Positions 9,417 through 19,870 of a DNA stretch of 64,000 nucleotides are shown in pieces. The stretch comes from Acidobacteriota bacterium (lineage in GTDB: Bacteria > Acidobacteriota > CAIWXX01). The stretch is taken from assembly GCA_040755995.1 (NCBI GenBank), contig JBFMAF010000054.1:1-64000 (forward strand), in the 5' to 3' direction. Below the pieces are notes generated by a model that saw nothing but the letters and a program-made list of their open reading frames with translations, searched no databases and was not told where the DNA came from. Made by a program: the position numbers and the translations under genes. Numbering within the stretch: position 1 is the first letter of the stretch; each line of letters begins with the position of its first letter.

Positions 9417-12047
9417 ATGAGAGCGGTGTTGCCGTGGATCGCTGTCTTGAGCCTGTGCAGTTTCACGTTCGGGGGCGTGTTGCCGGAGGAGCCGTACGAT
9501 CCGTCAATTCCAGCGTTCAAGCAGGTGTTGGGCGCGGAGCTCGGCCAACAGATCGCGAGCTACGAGCAGGTGCGCAAGTACCTCGACCTGCTCGACTCGG
9601 CGTCCGATCGCGTGCGCTTGTTCACCGACGGCAAGACTGTGAACGGGCGGGAGCTGATGTATCTGGCTCTTTCCGACCCTGCGAACCTGGCGCGGCACGA
9701 GGCGGTGAGGGACGCTGTGCGCGCCGTCTACGAGGGCGGCAAGGCGTTCCCGGCAGATCAACCCGTCACGGTGGCGATCTATGGCGCAGTGCACGGCGAC
9801 GAGATTTCGCCCGTCGAGGCCTGCATGGGTCTGGCCTACTACCTGGCTGCTTCGCGCAGCGACGAGGTCACGGCGCTTCTCAAGGATGAGATCGTCCTGA
9901 TCGATCCGTTGCAGAACCCGGATGGGCGGGAGCGGTGGCTCGCCTACCACGAGACCATGCGAACGACAAAGCCTATTGCCGACCAGAACGCTGCGGAGCA
10001 CTCGGAGTCCTGGCCGAGCGGGCGGGGCAACGGCTGCCTCTTTGACATGAACCGCGACTGGTTCACGCTGTCTCAGCCCGAGACCCGGGCGCGAGTGCGG
10101 CGTTACGCCGAGTGGCTCCCGCAGGTCCTCGTCGACCTCCACGAGATGGGCGGCGACTCGACATATTTCTTCCCGCCGCCGAGCGCCCCGGTGAATCAGA
10201 ATGTACAACCGGAGCTCGTGAAGCTGTTCGAGACATTCGGGCGGGCCAATGCCGCGGCGTTCGATCGCAAGGGCGTCGAGTACTTCGCAGGGGAGATATT
10301 CGATGAGTTCTTCCCGGGATACGGGAGCTCCTGGCCGCTCTACTTCGGCACTGTCGGGATGACTTACGAGCAGGCGGGAATCAGCGGGCTTGTGTTCCGG
10401 AGGAGCACCGGCGAGATTGTGCGCTACGAGGATGCCGTCGCGCACCATTTCACCGCGGCTTTGACCACGTGCCGGGCGGCTGCCGAGAACCGCTCGTCGA
10501 TCCTCGACTCGTACACGCGCACTTGCCGGCGAGCGATCGAGCCAATTGCGCAGGGCCACGTGCGCGCCTACGTGTTCCCGCCGCAGCCGAATCTGTGGGA
10601 GCTGGTGTCGCTGCTCAAGGAGCAGGGTGTCCGCGTTCAGGAGATCACCGGCACATTCGTCTCCAAGTCGGCGGTGCTGACCGGGGATGCGGCGGGGAAG
10701 CGGGGGATGAGCTTCCCCAAAGGGTCCGTGGTTGTTCCGATACGCCAGCCCGCGAGATACTTCGTGCAGGCCGTGCTGGAGCCGCACGCGGTCATCGACG
10801 AGCGGTTCGTGGAATCCGAGCGCGAGCGCAAGAAGCACAGGCTCGACAGCGAGATCTACGACATCACCGGCTGGTCGCTGCCCTTCTGCTTCAACCTGTC
10901 GGCGTACTCTGTCCATGAGGATGTTCCTGATGCGGTCGAATGGAAGGGACCCGCGGCCGGCGGCGTCGAGGCGGCCGGCACGGATCGGCCGTACGCCTAC
11001 GTGATCGACTACTCTCAGAATGGCGCAGCAGCCGTGGCCGCAGGGTTGATCCGCGATGGCTTCACCGTGGAGATCGCCGAGAAGTCGTTCGCAGTCAAGG
11101 ACGCCGAATTCTCGCGCGGAAGCTACGTGATCAGGACCAGCGTAAACCCGCCTCTACTGCGGAAGCGCCTCGATGAGCTGCTGAGCAGGTTCGGTGTCAA
11201 GGCACACGCCACGACTACCGGCTACACCGATCGATCCATCGACCTTGGCAGCCCATACGTGCGAAACCTGCGAAACCCCCGGATCGCGGTGCTGATGGAT
11301 TCGCCTGTTCAGTCCACCTCGTACGGCGCCATACGTTGGCTGTTGGAGTCACAGTACGGAATCGAGTTCACACCGATCAAGGCAGGGGACCTCTCGTACA
11401 CCGACCTGCGGCCGTACCGCACAATTGTGATCCCGGCAGCGAGCGCACGCCGATTCGTGGGCATCATAGGTGAGGACGGCGTCGCGAAGCTGAAGCGATG
11501 GGTGGAAAGCGGCGGAACACTCGTAGCCATAAAGGGGGCGGCCGAGGCGTTGCTCGGCGAACAGTTCGGCATCGGAGGCGGCAAGGTCATCTCGTCATAC
11601 AAGAAGGATACGACGGAGCCGGCGCCGCCGAAGAAGAAGGATGCGAAGGGAGAGGAACCGGAGCCCGAGGGCGAGTTCGAGGCCCCGACCGAGATCCCCG
11701 GCACGCTCTACAGGGTCGAGTTGGACACGCTCGATTGGTTGACCGCAGGGTACTCGGATTCCGTGCCGGTCTTCATCTTCGGCTCGACGCTCATCGACTG
11801 GCCTTCTACCAAGGACCGGTGCGTGGGGCGATTCCCGCGTGGAGCCAAGATCAGCGGGTTCAGCTGGGATCTAGATGACAAGCGGCTCGAAGGCAAGGCC
11901 TACCTGGCGCGCGTCGAAGTCGGCGACGGCCAGGCGATCGTCTTCGCCGACGACCCCTGCTTCCGCGGCTACATGCGCGGACTGGACCGGCTGTTCCTCA
12001 ACGCCGCCTTCAACGCAGCCAGCTACGTGCGTTCGCTGGACTACTGA
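9417..12047 (+). CDS. Secreted M14-family zinc carboxypeptidase with C-terminal glutamine-amidotransferase-like domain
   Basis: Signal peptide; VHGDE, NPDGRE, FDMNRDW, DLHEMG. Confidence 0.88.
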   Translation: MRAVLPWIAVLSLCSFTFGGVLPEEPYDPSIPAFKQVLGAELGQQIASYEQVRKYLDLLDSASDRVRLFTDGKTVNGRELMYLALSDPANLARHEAVRDAVRAVYEGGKAFPADQPVTVAIYGAVHGDEISPVEACMGLAYYLAASRSDEVTALLKDEIVLIDPLQNPDGRERWLAYHETMRTTKPIADQNAAEHSESWPSGRGNGCLFDMNRDWFTLSQPETRARVRRYAEWLPQVLVDLHEMGGDSTYFFPPPSAPVNQNVQPELVKLFETFGRANAAAFDRKGVEYFAGEIFDEFFPGYGSSWPLYFGTVGMTYEQAGISGLVFRRSTGEIVRYEDAVAHHFTAALTTCRAAAENRSSILDSYTRTCRRAIEPIAQGHVRAYVFPPQPNLWELVSLLKEQGVRVQEITGTFVSKSAVLTGDAAGKRGMSFPKGSVVVPIRQPARYFVQAVLEPHAVIDERFVESERERKKHRLDSEIYDITGWSLPFCFNLSAYSVHEDVPDAVEWKGPAAGGVEAAGTDRPYAYVIDYSQNGAAAVAAGLIRDGFTVEIAEKSFAVKDAEFSRGSYVIRTSVNPPLLRKRLDELLSRFGVKAHATTTGYTDRSIDLGSPYVRNLRNPRIAVLMDSPVQSTSYGAIRWLLESQYGIEFTPIKAGDLSYTDLRPYRTIVIPAASARRFVGIIGEDGVAKLKRWVESGGTLVAIKGAAEALLGEQFGIGGGKVISSYKKDTTEPAPPKKKDAKGEEPEPEGEFEAPTEIPGTLYRVELDTLDWLTAGYSDSVPVFIFGSTLIDWPSTKDRCVGRFPRGAKISGFSWDLDDKRLEGKAYLARVEVGDGQAIVFADDPCFRGYMRGLDRLFLNAAFNAASYVRSLDY

Positions 12048-12155
12048 GTGGGGGCGCGATCTCGCCCCCCGATTCCGCGACAGTCCCCAGACCGGAATCC
12101 GTTCACGTTCACGGATGCAAAGTTGCCGCCGCCGGGTTACCGTCGCCGCAGTCCG

Positions 12156-12190
12156 ACTGACAGCTGCCAACCAGCAACTGACAACTGACG
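12156..12190. repeat. Degenerate heptamer tandem repeat (ACTGACA-like)
   Basis: actgaca gctgcca accagca actgaca actgacg between convergent genes. Confidence 0.7.
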
Positions 12191-12196
12191 GCTGCT

Positions 12197-14131
12197 TCAG
12201 AGCTGGTAGATCGAGAAGTAGTCGTCCGCGTAGAGGCGTGTGAGGGTGTGGCAGAAGCCAGTCACGGCGACAGCCAGATCCGGCGGAAGATAGACGGGGT
12301 ATCTGTCCGCCACGTCGAGCAGATGCTTGTGGTTCAGCAGGATGTGGGTGACGCCCTGCCGGCGGAGCTCGGCCGCCACCCGCGCCGGGTCCCGAGTCTC
12401 ACGCAGGAGCGGAACCAGGGGATTGGGTGAAAAAAAGTTGATCACCACAGCTTCTCTACGAATGTAGTAATATCGGCGTTCGCCGACTAGCAGCAGCTTC
12501 GCGTCCGGCGGGAGGGTCCGATCGGCAAACTCGGCGGCGCGGTAGTAAGTCACCGTGCTGCTGAGAAGCTCGGGCTCGGACAGGCCGCCGCTCAGAAAAG
12601 TCGGGCTCTTGAAGTACAGGTTCATCTGGCCGACGTACAGGAGCGCATTGAACAGCAGCCCGGCCGCCAGGGCGGCCGCCGTTGCCGCGCGCAGCAGCCC
12701 GCGATCGGACGTCGCCTCGTCGGCGGCCCGTCCGATGCTGGCCGCCAGCAGCGGGAAAATGAGGCCGACGTACCGGATCAGGTACCCTGTGAGCACCCAC
12801 CAGGTGCAGAAGAAGGCGAGCGAAAGCCAGAGCAGGTCCTTCTCGCGGCGCGAACGCGGCGGATGGAAAAGGAGCAGCGGGAACAGCGCGAGATAGAGGA
12901 CGCCGGGGTCGGCGAGCATACCGCCACGGTTGGTCCGCGTCGACACCTCGAAGGGGTAGGCTGCGAGGTGTCCGATCGCGAATCGCGAGGCGTCCTTGCG
13001 GTAGCCGTGGACGTCGTCCTGCTTCGACGGCTCGCCCTCGGCGTACGGGGACCGGAAGAGCGAGTTGAGGTACGGAAACACCGGGTTGCCCGTGTGGAGA
13101 TAGGCCTTCACGTACCACGGGGATGGCAGGAGCAGGGCGATGATACCGGCGAGGCAGGCGGCGGGCAGAAGCCTGCGAAGTGACGATCGGGCCCGCCATA
13201 GCCACCCGATCGCCGCGATGCCCAGAAAAGGGATGGCGATGTACTTGATGCTCAGCGCGGCTCCGGCGAACAGCCCGGCGGCCACGAGATAGGCTCTCGG
13301 CCGCTCGGCCTCGGTCGACCTCCACATGGCATGAACGAAGAACACCATGTAGAAGATCATCGGCATCTCGATGAATTCCACGGTCGAGAGGAAGGCGGTG
13401 AGCGGAGAGCCGAGAAAGACGAGCTGTGCGATTCGCCCGGCTCGCCCGTCGGACATGACGCTCCCGATGAACACCAGGGTCATGATCAGATAACCGAAGT
13501 TGATCTTCTTGAGCGCTCCGTCATCGCCTGCGGCCATGCCGTAGAGCGCAAGGAACTCGGCTCCCATGGGGTAGTTCGCTCCGTGGTTGTACGGCAGATG
13601 CAGTATCCTGCCCGTGACCAGGTATTGCGACGGCACGGCCAGGTGGTACGACAGCGCGTCGAAGAACATCGCGGGCAATGCGGTGTGGGCGAGGTACAGT
13701 ATGAGAAGCGCCGCTATGCAGAAGACGACGGGTGACCGCCAGTTCGGCGCCCGCAGCGTCAGGAGCAGATCGCGGAGCGGCCGCCGGCCGGAGGCCAGAG
13801 CGAGGGCGAGCGCGAGGAGCAAGAGTGCGCGCAAGTACACAGGACGAAGCAGGTGAAGCCAGCCGAGCAGCAGCGGGAGGATCGAGAATGGTATGAGTCC
13901 CAGTCCGGTGGCGAAGCAGAATCGTTCGCGAGTCCCGCTTGGCAGGCCGATCCACGTACTGAACCGATCGCCCGCGACGAAGGCCGAGACGAAAAGCGAC
14001 AGCGTGACCAGGTGGCCGCCGAGTAGAAGGAGCTGCGGTTGCTGAACTGTGATCGTGAGGAAGACGAGCACGAGGAACGCGCAGTAGACGACAGCGTAGA
14101 GCGTACGAGATCGACGGTTGCCCTCACTCAC
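12197..14131 (-). CDS. Polytopic GT-C-like (ArnT/PMT-related) membrane glycosyltransferase
   Basis: Many TM helices; FDALSYHLAVP, LSIKY, PWY..TGNPVFP, RY motifs; GTG start chosen from the promoter position. Confidence 0.72.
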   Translation of the reverse strand: MSEGNRRSRTLYAVVYCAFLVLVFLTITVQQPQLLLLGGHLVTLSLFVSAFVAGDRFSTWIGLPSGTRERFCFATGLGLIPFSILPLLLGWLHLLRPVYLRALLLLALALALASGRRPLRDLLLTLRAPNWRSPVVFCIAALLILYLAHTALPAMFFDALSYHLAVPSQYLVTGRILHLPYNHGANYPMGAEFLALYGMAAGDDGALKKINFGYLIMTLVFIGSVMSDGRAGRIAQLVFLGSPLTAFLSTVEFIEMPMIFYMVFFVHAMWRSTEAERPRAYLVAAGLFAGAALSIKYIAIPFLGIAAIGWLWRARSSLRRLLPAACLAGIIALLLPSPWYVKAYLHTGNPVFPYLNSLFRSPYAEGEPSKQDDVHGYRKDASRFAIGHLAAYPFEVSTRTNRGGMLADPGVLYLALFPLLLFHPPRSRREKDLLWLSLAFFCTWWVLTGYLIRYVGLIFPLLAASIGRAADEATSDRGLLRAATAAALAAGLLFNALLYVGQMNLYFKSPTFLSGGLSEPELLSSTVTYYRAAEFADRTLPPDAKLLLVGERRYYYIRREAVVINFFSPNPLVPLLRETRDPARVAAELRRQGVTHILLNHKHLLDVADRYPVYLPPDLAVAVTGFCHTLTRLYADDYFSIYQL

Positions 14132-14141
14132 CTTAGCGTGG

Positions 14142-14170
14142 ATTCTATCCAGAGTGGCATCGTGGGGCAA
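14142..14170 (-). promoter_or_regulatory. Putative sigma70 promoter, very short leader
   Basis: TTGCCC-N17-TAGAAT, 10 nt before GTG 14131. Confidence 0.55.
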
Positions 14171-14296
14171 CCGCAGGTGTCTGGCGACATCGCCATCGCA
14201 TTCGTGGACTTGGGCGTAAACGCGAACGGACGACCGGCAGCCGCGTCGTTCAAGCGTGCGCCGGTGCCCACGCGTGAGCGACAGCGCTTTCTGTCG

Positions 14297-14322
14297 ACTG
14301 ACAGCCGCCAACCGCCAACTGC
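14297..14322. repeat. Degenerate heptamer tandem repeat
   Basis: actgaca gccgcca accgcca actgc; same family as 12156. Confidence 0.55.
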
Positions 14323-14371
14323 TTTTATGATAGGCTTGTCGGGAAGCGAATGAACACGGGCGGCGAGAGAG

Positions 14372-16366
14372 GTGGGAATGCAGATCAGACTCGGATGGTT
14401 GGCGTTCTGGGGGTTGATGGCGGCGGGAATCGCGGCCGCGGCTGAGCTCCCGGACAAGTACAAACGGTGGCTTGACGAGGACGTAAGGTACATCATCTCC
14501 GGTGAGGACAAGCAGCTATTCTTGAGCCTTCAGAACGATCGCGAGCGCGACGTTTTCATCACGAACTTCTGGAAGAAGCTTGACCCTGTTCCGATCACGC
14601 CGGAGAACGAGTTCAAGCAGGAGCACTATGAGCGGCTGGAGTATGCACGCGAGCACTACGGACTCCATTGCGACCAGGCGCGCATCTGGATTCTGCTGGG
14701 CAAGCCCGACAAAATCACGGCGCGCCCCGTCGACAACAACTTCTACGCTCTGGAGTATTGGGAGTACACGCGACTTCGCGTCCCGGGGCTCCCGCCCGAT
14801 CTGAGGCTGCTTTTCTACAAGAAGTGGGGCGTCGGATACTACGCTCTGTACTCGCCGCTCTTCGACACGGTTCGAGCGCTGCTGACGAATCGCATGCTCG
14901 ACCCCGACAAGCGAGAAGTCCAGAAGTGGCTGATGGCGACGATGGATATCGATATCCGGCAGGCGACGCGGTCGATCTCCACGGGTCTGAGCGAATTCAT
15001 GTCGCAGGACGTCATCACCAGGCTCTACTGGAATTACGGCGATCTGCTCGATCGCTTCCAGAAGCACCGCGTCGAGCGGAAGATCATCTTCGAAGGGCAG
15101 GATACGATCGCGGCCGACCTCGATCTGGCCTACATGACTGCGGATCGGGGTCTTTTCACGCTGAACGTCGCGTTGGAGATTCCGGCGAAGGAGGTCGCGT
15201 TCGAGGAGGTCGGCCAGAAGTTCATCGCACGAAACGACCTGTACATCAAGCTGCTTGATCATCAGGAGCGGACCGTCTATGAAGGCCGCGAGACCCTGAC
15301 CATCGAGTTGAACAGCGAGCAATTGGAGTTATCGAAGACCTACCCGATACTCTACGTGGCGTCATTTCCGGCGATCCCCGGCGAGTACAAGGTGGACATT
15401 CTCACGCGCGACTTCTCGACCGGGAGGATCGGAAAGGTCATGCAGAGCCTGGTGGTGCCCGAACCGCGTGCCGGAAAGATCTGGGCCACGCGGCCGGTGC
15501 TGGCGTACAAGGTCGACGGCGCGGATCAGGGCGTCGCGCGGCCGTTTTGCGCCGGCGGCTTCAAGCTCTACCCGAGGGTTTCGGCGAAATTTTCGCGCGG
15601 TGCCAGATTGTATTTCATGACGGAGATCGTGGCGGGGGGCGAGGTTCCACCGCAGGCGAGCCTGCCGCTTCGCTACGAAGTGCTGCGAGGGGACGCGTTC
15701 GTGCTCAGGTTCGATGGTTCGGCGAGAATCCAGCGAACGGGCGTTCCGGCGGTGGTGGCCGAGGGCTTCTCGACGCAGGATCTGCCTCCGGGCGACTACA
15801 CGCTGAGAATCACCGTGCCCGAGGGCGAGAGCGCGACGACGCTCGGGGAACGGGGTTTCTCCATCGTCGACGTCCCGGTCGCACACGGGAGGTTTCTGTT
15901 CGAGAGCACGCTGGTCGGCGAGAGCCAGAGGCACCTCGTGCTGGGAACGGAGTACCTGAACGCCGGAGCAGCTGCGGAGGCGGCCACACACTTCCAGCTC
16001 GCGACCGACTTCTCCCCGGGCCTCGTCGAGGCAAGAATCGACCTCGGACGGGCCAGATTGATGGAAGGCCAGTACGAGCAGTCATTGAAGCTGTTCGAGG
16101 AGGTGCTTGCAGAGGATTCCCAGAACGTCGACGCCCTGATGGGACGGGTGCAGACGCTGGTGAAGTTGGGGCGTGTCGAAGACGCCAGGCAGGGGCTGGA
16201 GCGACTGCTGAAGGCCGCGCCGAACACAACCAGCGTGCTGAACTTCTGCGCCGAGGTCTTGATTGCCAACGGTGATAAGGCCAGAGGCATCGAGCTCTTC
16301 AGAAAGTCCCTTGATCTCGACCCGGGCCAGACGGATGTGGCGGCGATCGTGAAGGCGAGTCAATGA
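14372..16366 (+). CDS. GWxTD-family protein with C-terminal TPR repeats
   Basis: YKRWLDEDVRYII, ERDVFITNFWKKLDP, NEFKQEHYERLEYA, GKPD; TPR-like helical C-terminus; signal peptide. Confidence 0.85.
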   Translation: MGMQIRLGWLAFWGLMAAGIAAAAELPDKYKRWLDEDVRYIISGEDKQLFLSLQNDRERDVFITNFWKKLDPVPITPENEFKQEHYERLEYAREHYGLHCDQARIWILLGKPDKITARPVDNNFYALEYWEYTRLRVPGLPPDLRLLFYKKWGVGYYALYSPLFDTVRALLTNRMLDPDKREVQKWLMATMDIDIRQATRSISTGLSEFMSQDVITRLYWNYGDLLDRFQKHRVERKIIFEGQDTIAADLDLAYMTADRGLFTLNVALEIPAKEVAFEEVGQKFIARNDLYIKLLDHQERTVYEGRETLTIELNSEQLELSKTYPILYVASFPAIPGEYKVDILTRDFSTGRIGKVMQSLVVPEPRAGKIWATRPVLAYKVDGADQGVARPFCAGGFKLYPRVSAKFSRGARLYFMTEIVAGGEVPPQASLPLRYEVLRGDAFVLRFDGSARIQRTGVPAVVAEGFSTQDLPPGDYTLRITVPEGESATTLGERGFSIVDVPVAHGRFLFESTLVGESQRHLVLGTEYLNAGAAAEAATHFQLATDFSPGLVEARIDLGRARLMEGQYEQSLKLFEEVLAEDSQNVDALMGRVQTLVKLGRVEDARQGLERLLKAAPNTTSVLNFCAEVLIANGDKARGIELFRKSLDLDPGQTDVAAIVKASQ

Positions 16367-16434
16367 GCCGAGAATGCGGATCTCGGTTCCTCCCGGCGTG
16401 ACCGCGGAAGTCGACGTGAAGGCGCGCCCCTGAC

Positions 16435-17616
16435 ATGCGACTGCCGCCGAACGTCCGTGCCCTGGGCTTCGTCAGCTTCCTGACGGACGCCTCTTCCGAA
16501 ATGATCTACCCGCTCCTGCCGCTCTTTCTCTCATCAGTACTCAAAGCAGGGCCGGCGTTCCTGGGCCTGATCGAGGGGATCGCGGAGGCTACGGCGAGCC
16601 TCGCGAAGCTCGCCTCGGGGGTTCTCAGCGATGCGGTTGGGAAGCGCAAGCCGCTGGTTGTGGGCGGATACTGCCTGTCGACGCTCTCCCGGCCGCTGAT
16701 CGCGATCGCGCAGTCGCCGTTCCACGTTCTCCTAATCCGCTTCTCCGACCGGATAGGGAAGGGGGTGCGCGGAGCGCCGCGAGACGCACTGATCGTCGAC
16801 ACGTGCCCGCAGGAGCTGCGCGGGCGCGCGTTCGGCTTCCAGCGCGCGATGGATCACCTTGGAGCCGTCTTGGGCCCGCTGATGGCCTACGCGGCGCTCC
16901 GGATGCTCCACCTCGAGCTCCGCTCCGTCTTTGCGCTCGCCGCCGTCCCCGGTATCCTCGCCGTACTGGTGATTGTGTACGGTGTGCGGGAGAGGTCGGC
17001 GGCAGCGACAGTCTCGCGGATGAGCCTTCGGTGGAGCGGTATTCCGCGGGTGTACAAGTACTATCTGTTCGTGATCGTCGTCTTCACTCTGTCGAACAGC
17101 TCGGATGCTTTCATCCTGCTGCGAGCCCGCGATGTCGGATTCAGCGAGAGCGGCGTGCTACTGCTCTGGACTCTGCTGCACGTCGTGAAGGCCGTCTCGT
17201 CGATGGTCGGCGGAACGCTGTCGGACAGGCTCGGGCGGAAGGCCCTGATCGTTGCCGGCTGGATCGCCTACGCCCTGGCTTACCTCGGGTTCGGCGTGGC
17301 GGCGGTTCCTTACCAAGTGATTGCCCTCTTCGCATTCTACGGGCTCTACTTCGGCTGCACGGAAGGGGCCGAGCGGGCGCTGGTGGCCGATCTGGTGCCG
17401 CAGCCCGAGCTTAGGGGCCGCGCCTACGGGTTGTACCATTTCGTCGTTGGCATCTCAGCCCTGCCGTCGAGCCTCCTGATGGGCGTTCTGTACGGCAGAT
17501 TCGGCGCGCCTACCGCGTTCGGCTGCGGGGCCGCCCTGAGCCTCCTATCGATGCTGATGCTGTTGCCGGTCAGAGTAGATCGCATCGTGCACGCAAGCAG
17601 CAGCCCCACTAGATGA
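16435..17616 (+). CDS. MFS transporter
   Basis: About 12 TM segments; SFLTDASSEMIYPLLP, LSDAVGKRK, DRIGKGVRGAPRDAL, LSDRLGRK. Confidence 0.93.
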   Translation: MRLPPNVRALGFVSFLTDASSEMIYPLLPLFLSSVLKAGPAFLGLIEGIAEATASLAKLASGVLSDAVGKRKPLVVGGYCLSTLSRPLIAIAQSPFHVLLIRFSDRIGKGVRGAPRDALIVDTCPQELRGRAFGFQRAMDHLGAVLGPLMAYAALRMLHLELRSVFALAAVPGILAVLVIVYGVRERSAAATVSRMSLRWSGIPRVYKYYLFVIVVFTLSNSSDAFILLRARDVGFSESGVLLLWTLLHVVKAVSSMVGGTLSDRLGRKALIVAGWIAYALAYLGFGVAAVPYQVIALFAFYGLYFGCTEGAERALVADLVPQPELRGRAYGLYHFVVGISALPSSLLMGVLYGRFGAPTAFGCGAALSLLSMLMLLPVRVDRIVHASSSPTR

Positions 17617-18502
17617 ACGAGCCCTCCTGCCAGCCCAGCTTCACGAGATCGATGCGGGCGGGATCGGCGGTGCCGAGGTGGTGGCGGGTGTCGGCGAGGA
17701 AAACGTGCTTTGGCGGCGGATTGATCGGGCGGTCCTCGCCGAAGAAATCCTTGCGCTTCATCTGAAGCAGGCGGACGCCGGTCGAGTCGACCGCTACCGG
17801 ATCGAATCCGGCGAGCATCCCGCAGTAGTGCCAGGTGTATTTCGGATCGTAGCCGTGCGGGCCGACGCTGTGGAAAAGAGGGGAGAACAGCAGCAGGATG
17901 TTTAGCCGCGTCTTGCCTTTGACGATCGGCAGCTGCCAGATCGCTGCAAGGTCTGCGCATGTATCTGGGTGGTACACCCAGGGCTCGTTCACGAACATGA
18001 TGTAGTTCTTGATGCAACTACCGACGCCCGCCCAGTGGTGTGTCCGCAGCGGGCGTATGTTCACGAGTGCCGTGGCGCCGGTGAAAATCGGATCGCCCGG
18101 CAGCCCTCGGTCGCGGACGCCGATCTTCGCGGCCGGCACGCCGGCTTCCGTGAGTCGCCGGGAGATGGCGTTCTCGAGCTCTGGAGGCGTCCGCAGCGGC
18201 TCCCAGACATTCGTCTTGATGCCGACGACATCCGCCGGCTTCACCAGCCTCTTCCATGCGCCCACTCGGTCCTTGATTCCGGTGAGCGTCGTTACAGCCT
18301 GGTCCAGCATGAGCTGCGCGACCTCCTCGCGGACTCTACCTCGCTCATCCAGCACATCCCTGTTCCTGACAAGCACCACCTTTGTGTTGGCTGTCGTACC
18401 CGGACGGGAGTCTTCAGGAACGGCGAGGACCGCGGCCCCGGCAATGGCGGCGGCCGCGCCGCCCTTCAGGAAGTCCCGCCGGCTAATGGTGTTCTCATCC
18501 AT
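17609..18502 (-). CDS. Tat-exported DUF362-family protein
   Basis: ISRRDFLKGG; DVVGIKTN, PLRTHHWAGVGSCIKNY, DPVAVD. Confidence 0.8.
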   Translation of the reverse strand: MDENTISRRDFLKGGAAAAIAGAAVLAVPEDSRPGTTANTKVVLVRNRDVLDERGRVREEVAQLMLDQAVTTLTGIKDRVGAWKRLVKPADVVGIKTNVWEPLRTPPELENAISRRLTEAGVPAAKIGVRDRGLPGDPIFTGATALVNIRPLRTHHWAGVGSCIKNYIMFVNEPWVYHPDTCADLAAIWQLPIVKGKTRLNILLLFSPLFHSVGPHGYDPKYTWHYCGMLAGFDPVAVDSTGVRLLQMKRKDFFGEDRPINPPPKHVFLADTRHHLGTADPARIDLVKLGWQEGSFI

Positions 18503-18544
18503 CGTGGTGTCCTCCGTCGATCGGCTCCGGCCGCGCCTCGCTCA

Positions 18545-19870
18545 TCAGCCCCCGAACGCCTCCCTGATCACTTCCAGGAAGTCCATCCCGTAGTAGCCTC
18601 GATCGTCGGAGTAATCCGGGCTGCAATCGATCTCTTTCCAATTGCACGTTGGTTCCACCGTCGTGCCCTCCGGCCACGCGTTGAACGTGGCGAGGAAGAG
18701 CCAGCGATTGCCGCGCAGCATGTCTCGCCCCAGCTTTTCCGCCATGTATTTGAAATCGTCCTTCGATGCGGCGATCATGCGCGGGCGTCCGGGGCCCTTC
18801 GTCCACTGGTCATCGAACTGAGGCGTGATGAACGGAGCGAACTCGACGGAGCCAAGGTCGCCTGTCACCCTCTGCACTTTCATCGACGGCACCGCGTCGG
18901 CCCATGTCGCGACGGCTGGCGCCACCTGATCGGCGAGCGCGGTCGGGCGGCAGCAGTCGCAAGCGGAATCGCGCCGGCATGCGATTGTGTAAGGGGTCCA
19001 TCCCGAGACCGCGTCGAACCGCGTGATGTACGGGTCCCACTCGCGATTGTACCGTCGCGTTCCGCCTGCTAGATTCCCCACCAGGTAGAGCTCGGTGTGG
19101 TGGTTGTCCCAATACCACTGCCTGATCTCGTCGATGTAGCTCGTCCATCGCCTGACGGACGGCTCGACCGAGCTCTGATCCGAAAATAGAAAAGCCTGGT
19201 AGATCCAGACCACCGGCCGGCCGTTCACGCGGAAGTAGTCGGGATCGTCGATCCAGCCTGTTTGCTTCAGGCGCTTGAGATCATCGACGAGCACCTGGCC
19301 GAGCGTCTTCACCGCTCCGGAGTCGCGCACCTTCTGATTCAGATCGTAGGTGCAAGGCTGATCGGCGGAGAGCGGGTTGCTGATCGTGCATATCCCGAGC
19401 AGGCCGAAGCGGATGTTTGTGTCGTAGAAGATGACCCATGGCATCTGGCCCTTCAGCGCACGGAACTTCTCGATGCCGGTGGTGAACCGGCTGGAGGGGC
19501 CGTCCCAGAGGAATGCAAAGACATCGATTCCGTACTCCTTCGCCCACGCGATGTGCTGCCTCATGTTGCGGGATGCCACCGCATCATAGCCGCCGTAGCC
19601 GTGGTTCAAGCCGAACTCCCCGCTCCCTTCGTCGTTCAGGCGCGGGTAGCGCGGCATGGGATTGAGCAGCCTCCCCGCCAGCTCATCCGGCGGCCACGAC
19701 CGGCCGTCGGATACCTCGCCGCGGCTGTACCATGTCGTGTAGTGGGCGAACACAGTGACGGGTTCCGCAGGCCGTTGGGCAGGCGCGGCCTGAGCCGTCG
19801 CGTACGAGACTGAGAGCACCACCAGCACCGCTGCCGCTCGTCTTCGCCGCACACTGCCAGGACTATTCAC
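18545..19870 (-). CDS. Secreted GH99/GH71-like glycoside hydrolase homolog
   Basis: VFAHYTTWY, QHIAWAKEYGIDVFAFLW, YFRVNGRPVVWIY, ATFNAWPEGTTVEP; GTGA overlap with the upstream gene. Confidence 0.7.
   Translation of the reverse strand: MNSPGSVRRRRAAAVLVVLSVSYATAQAAPAQRPAEPVTVFAHYTTWYSRGEVSDGRSWPPDELAGRLLNPMPRYPRLNDEGSGEFGLNHGYGGYDAVASRNMRQHIAWAKEYGIDVFAFLWDGPSSRFTTGIEKFRALKGQMPWVIFYDTNIRFGLLGICTISNPLSADQPCTYDLNQKVRDSGAVKTLGQVLVDDLKRLKQTGWIDDPDYFRVNGRPVVWIYQAFLFSDQSSVEPSVRRWTSYIDEIRQWYWDNHHTELYLVGNLAGGTRRYNREWDPYITRFDAVSGWTPYTIACRRDSACDCCRPTALADQVAPAVATWADAVPSMKVQRVTGDLGSVEFAPFITPQFDDQWTKGPGRPRMIAASKDDFKYMAEKLGRDMLRGNRWLFLATFNAWPEGTTVEPTCNWKEIDCSPDYSDDRGYYGMDFLEVIREAFGG

Noticed and set aside
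12050..12070. GC hairpin after the M14 gene as a terminator
   Set aside because: No U-tract and a short imperfect stem; not supportable as an intrinsic terminator
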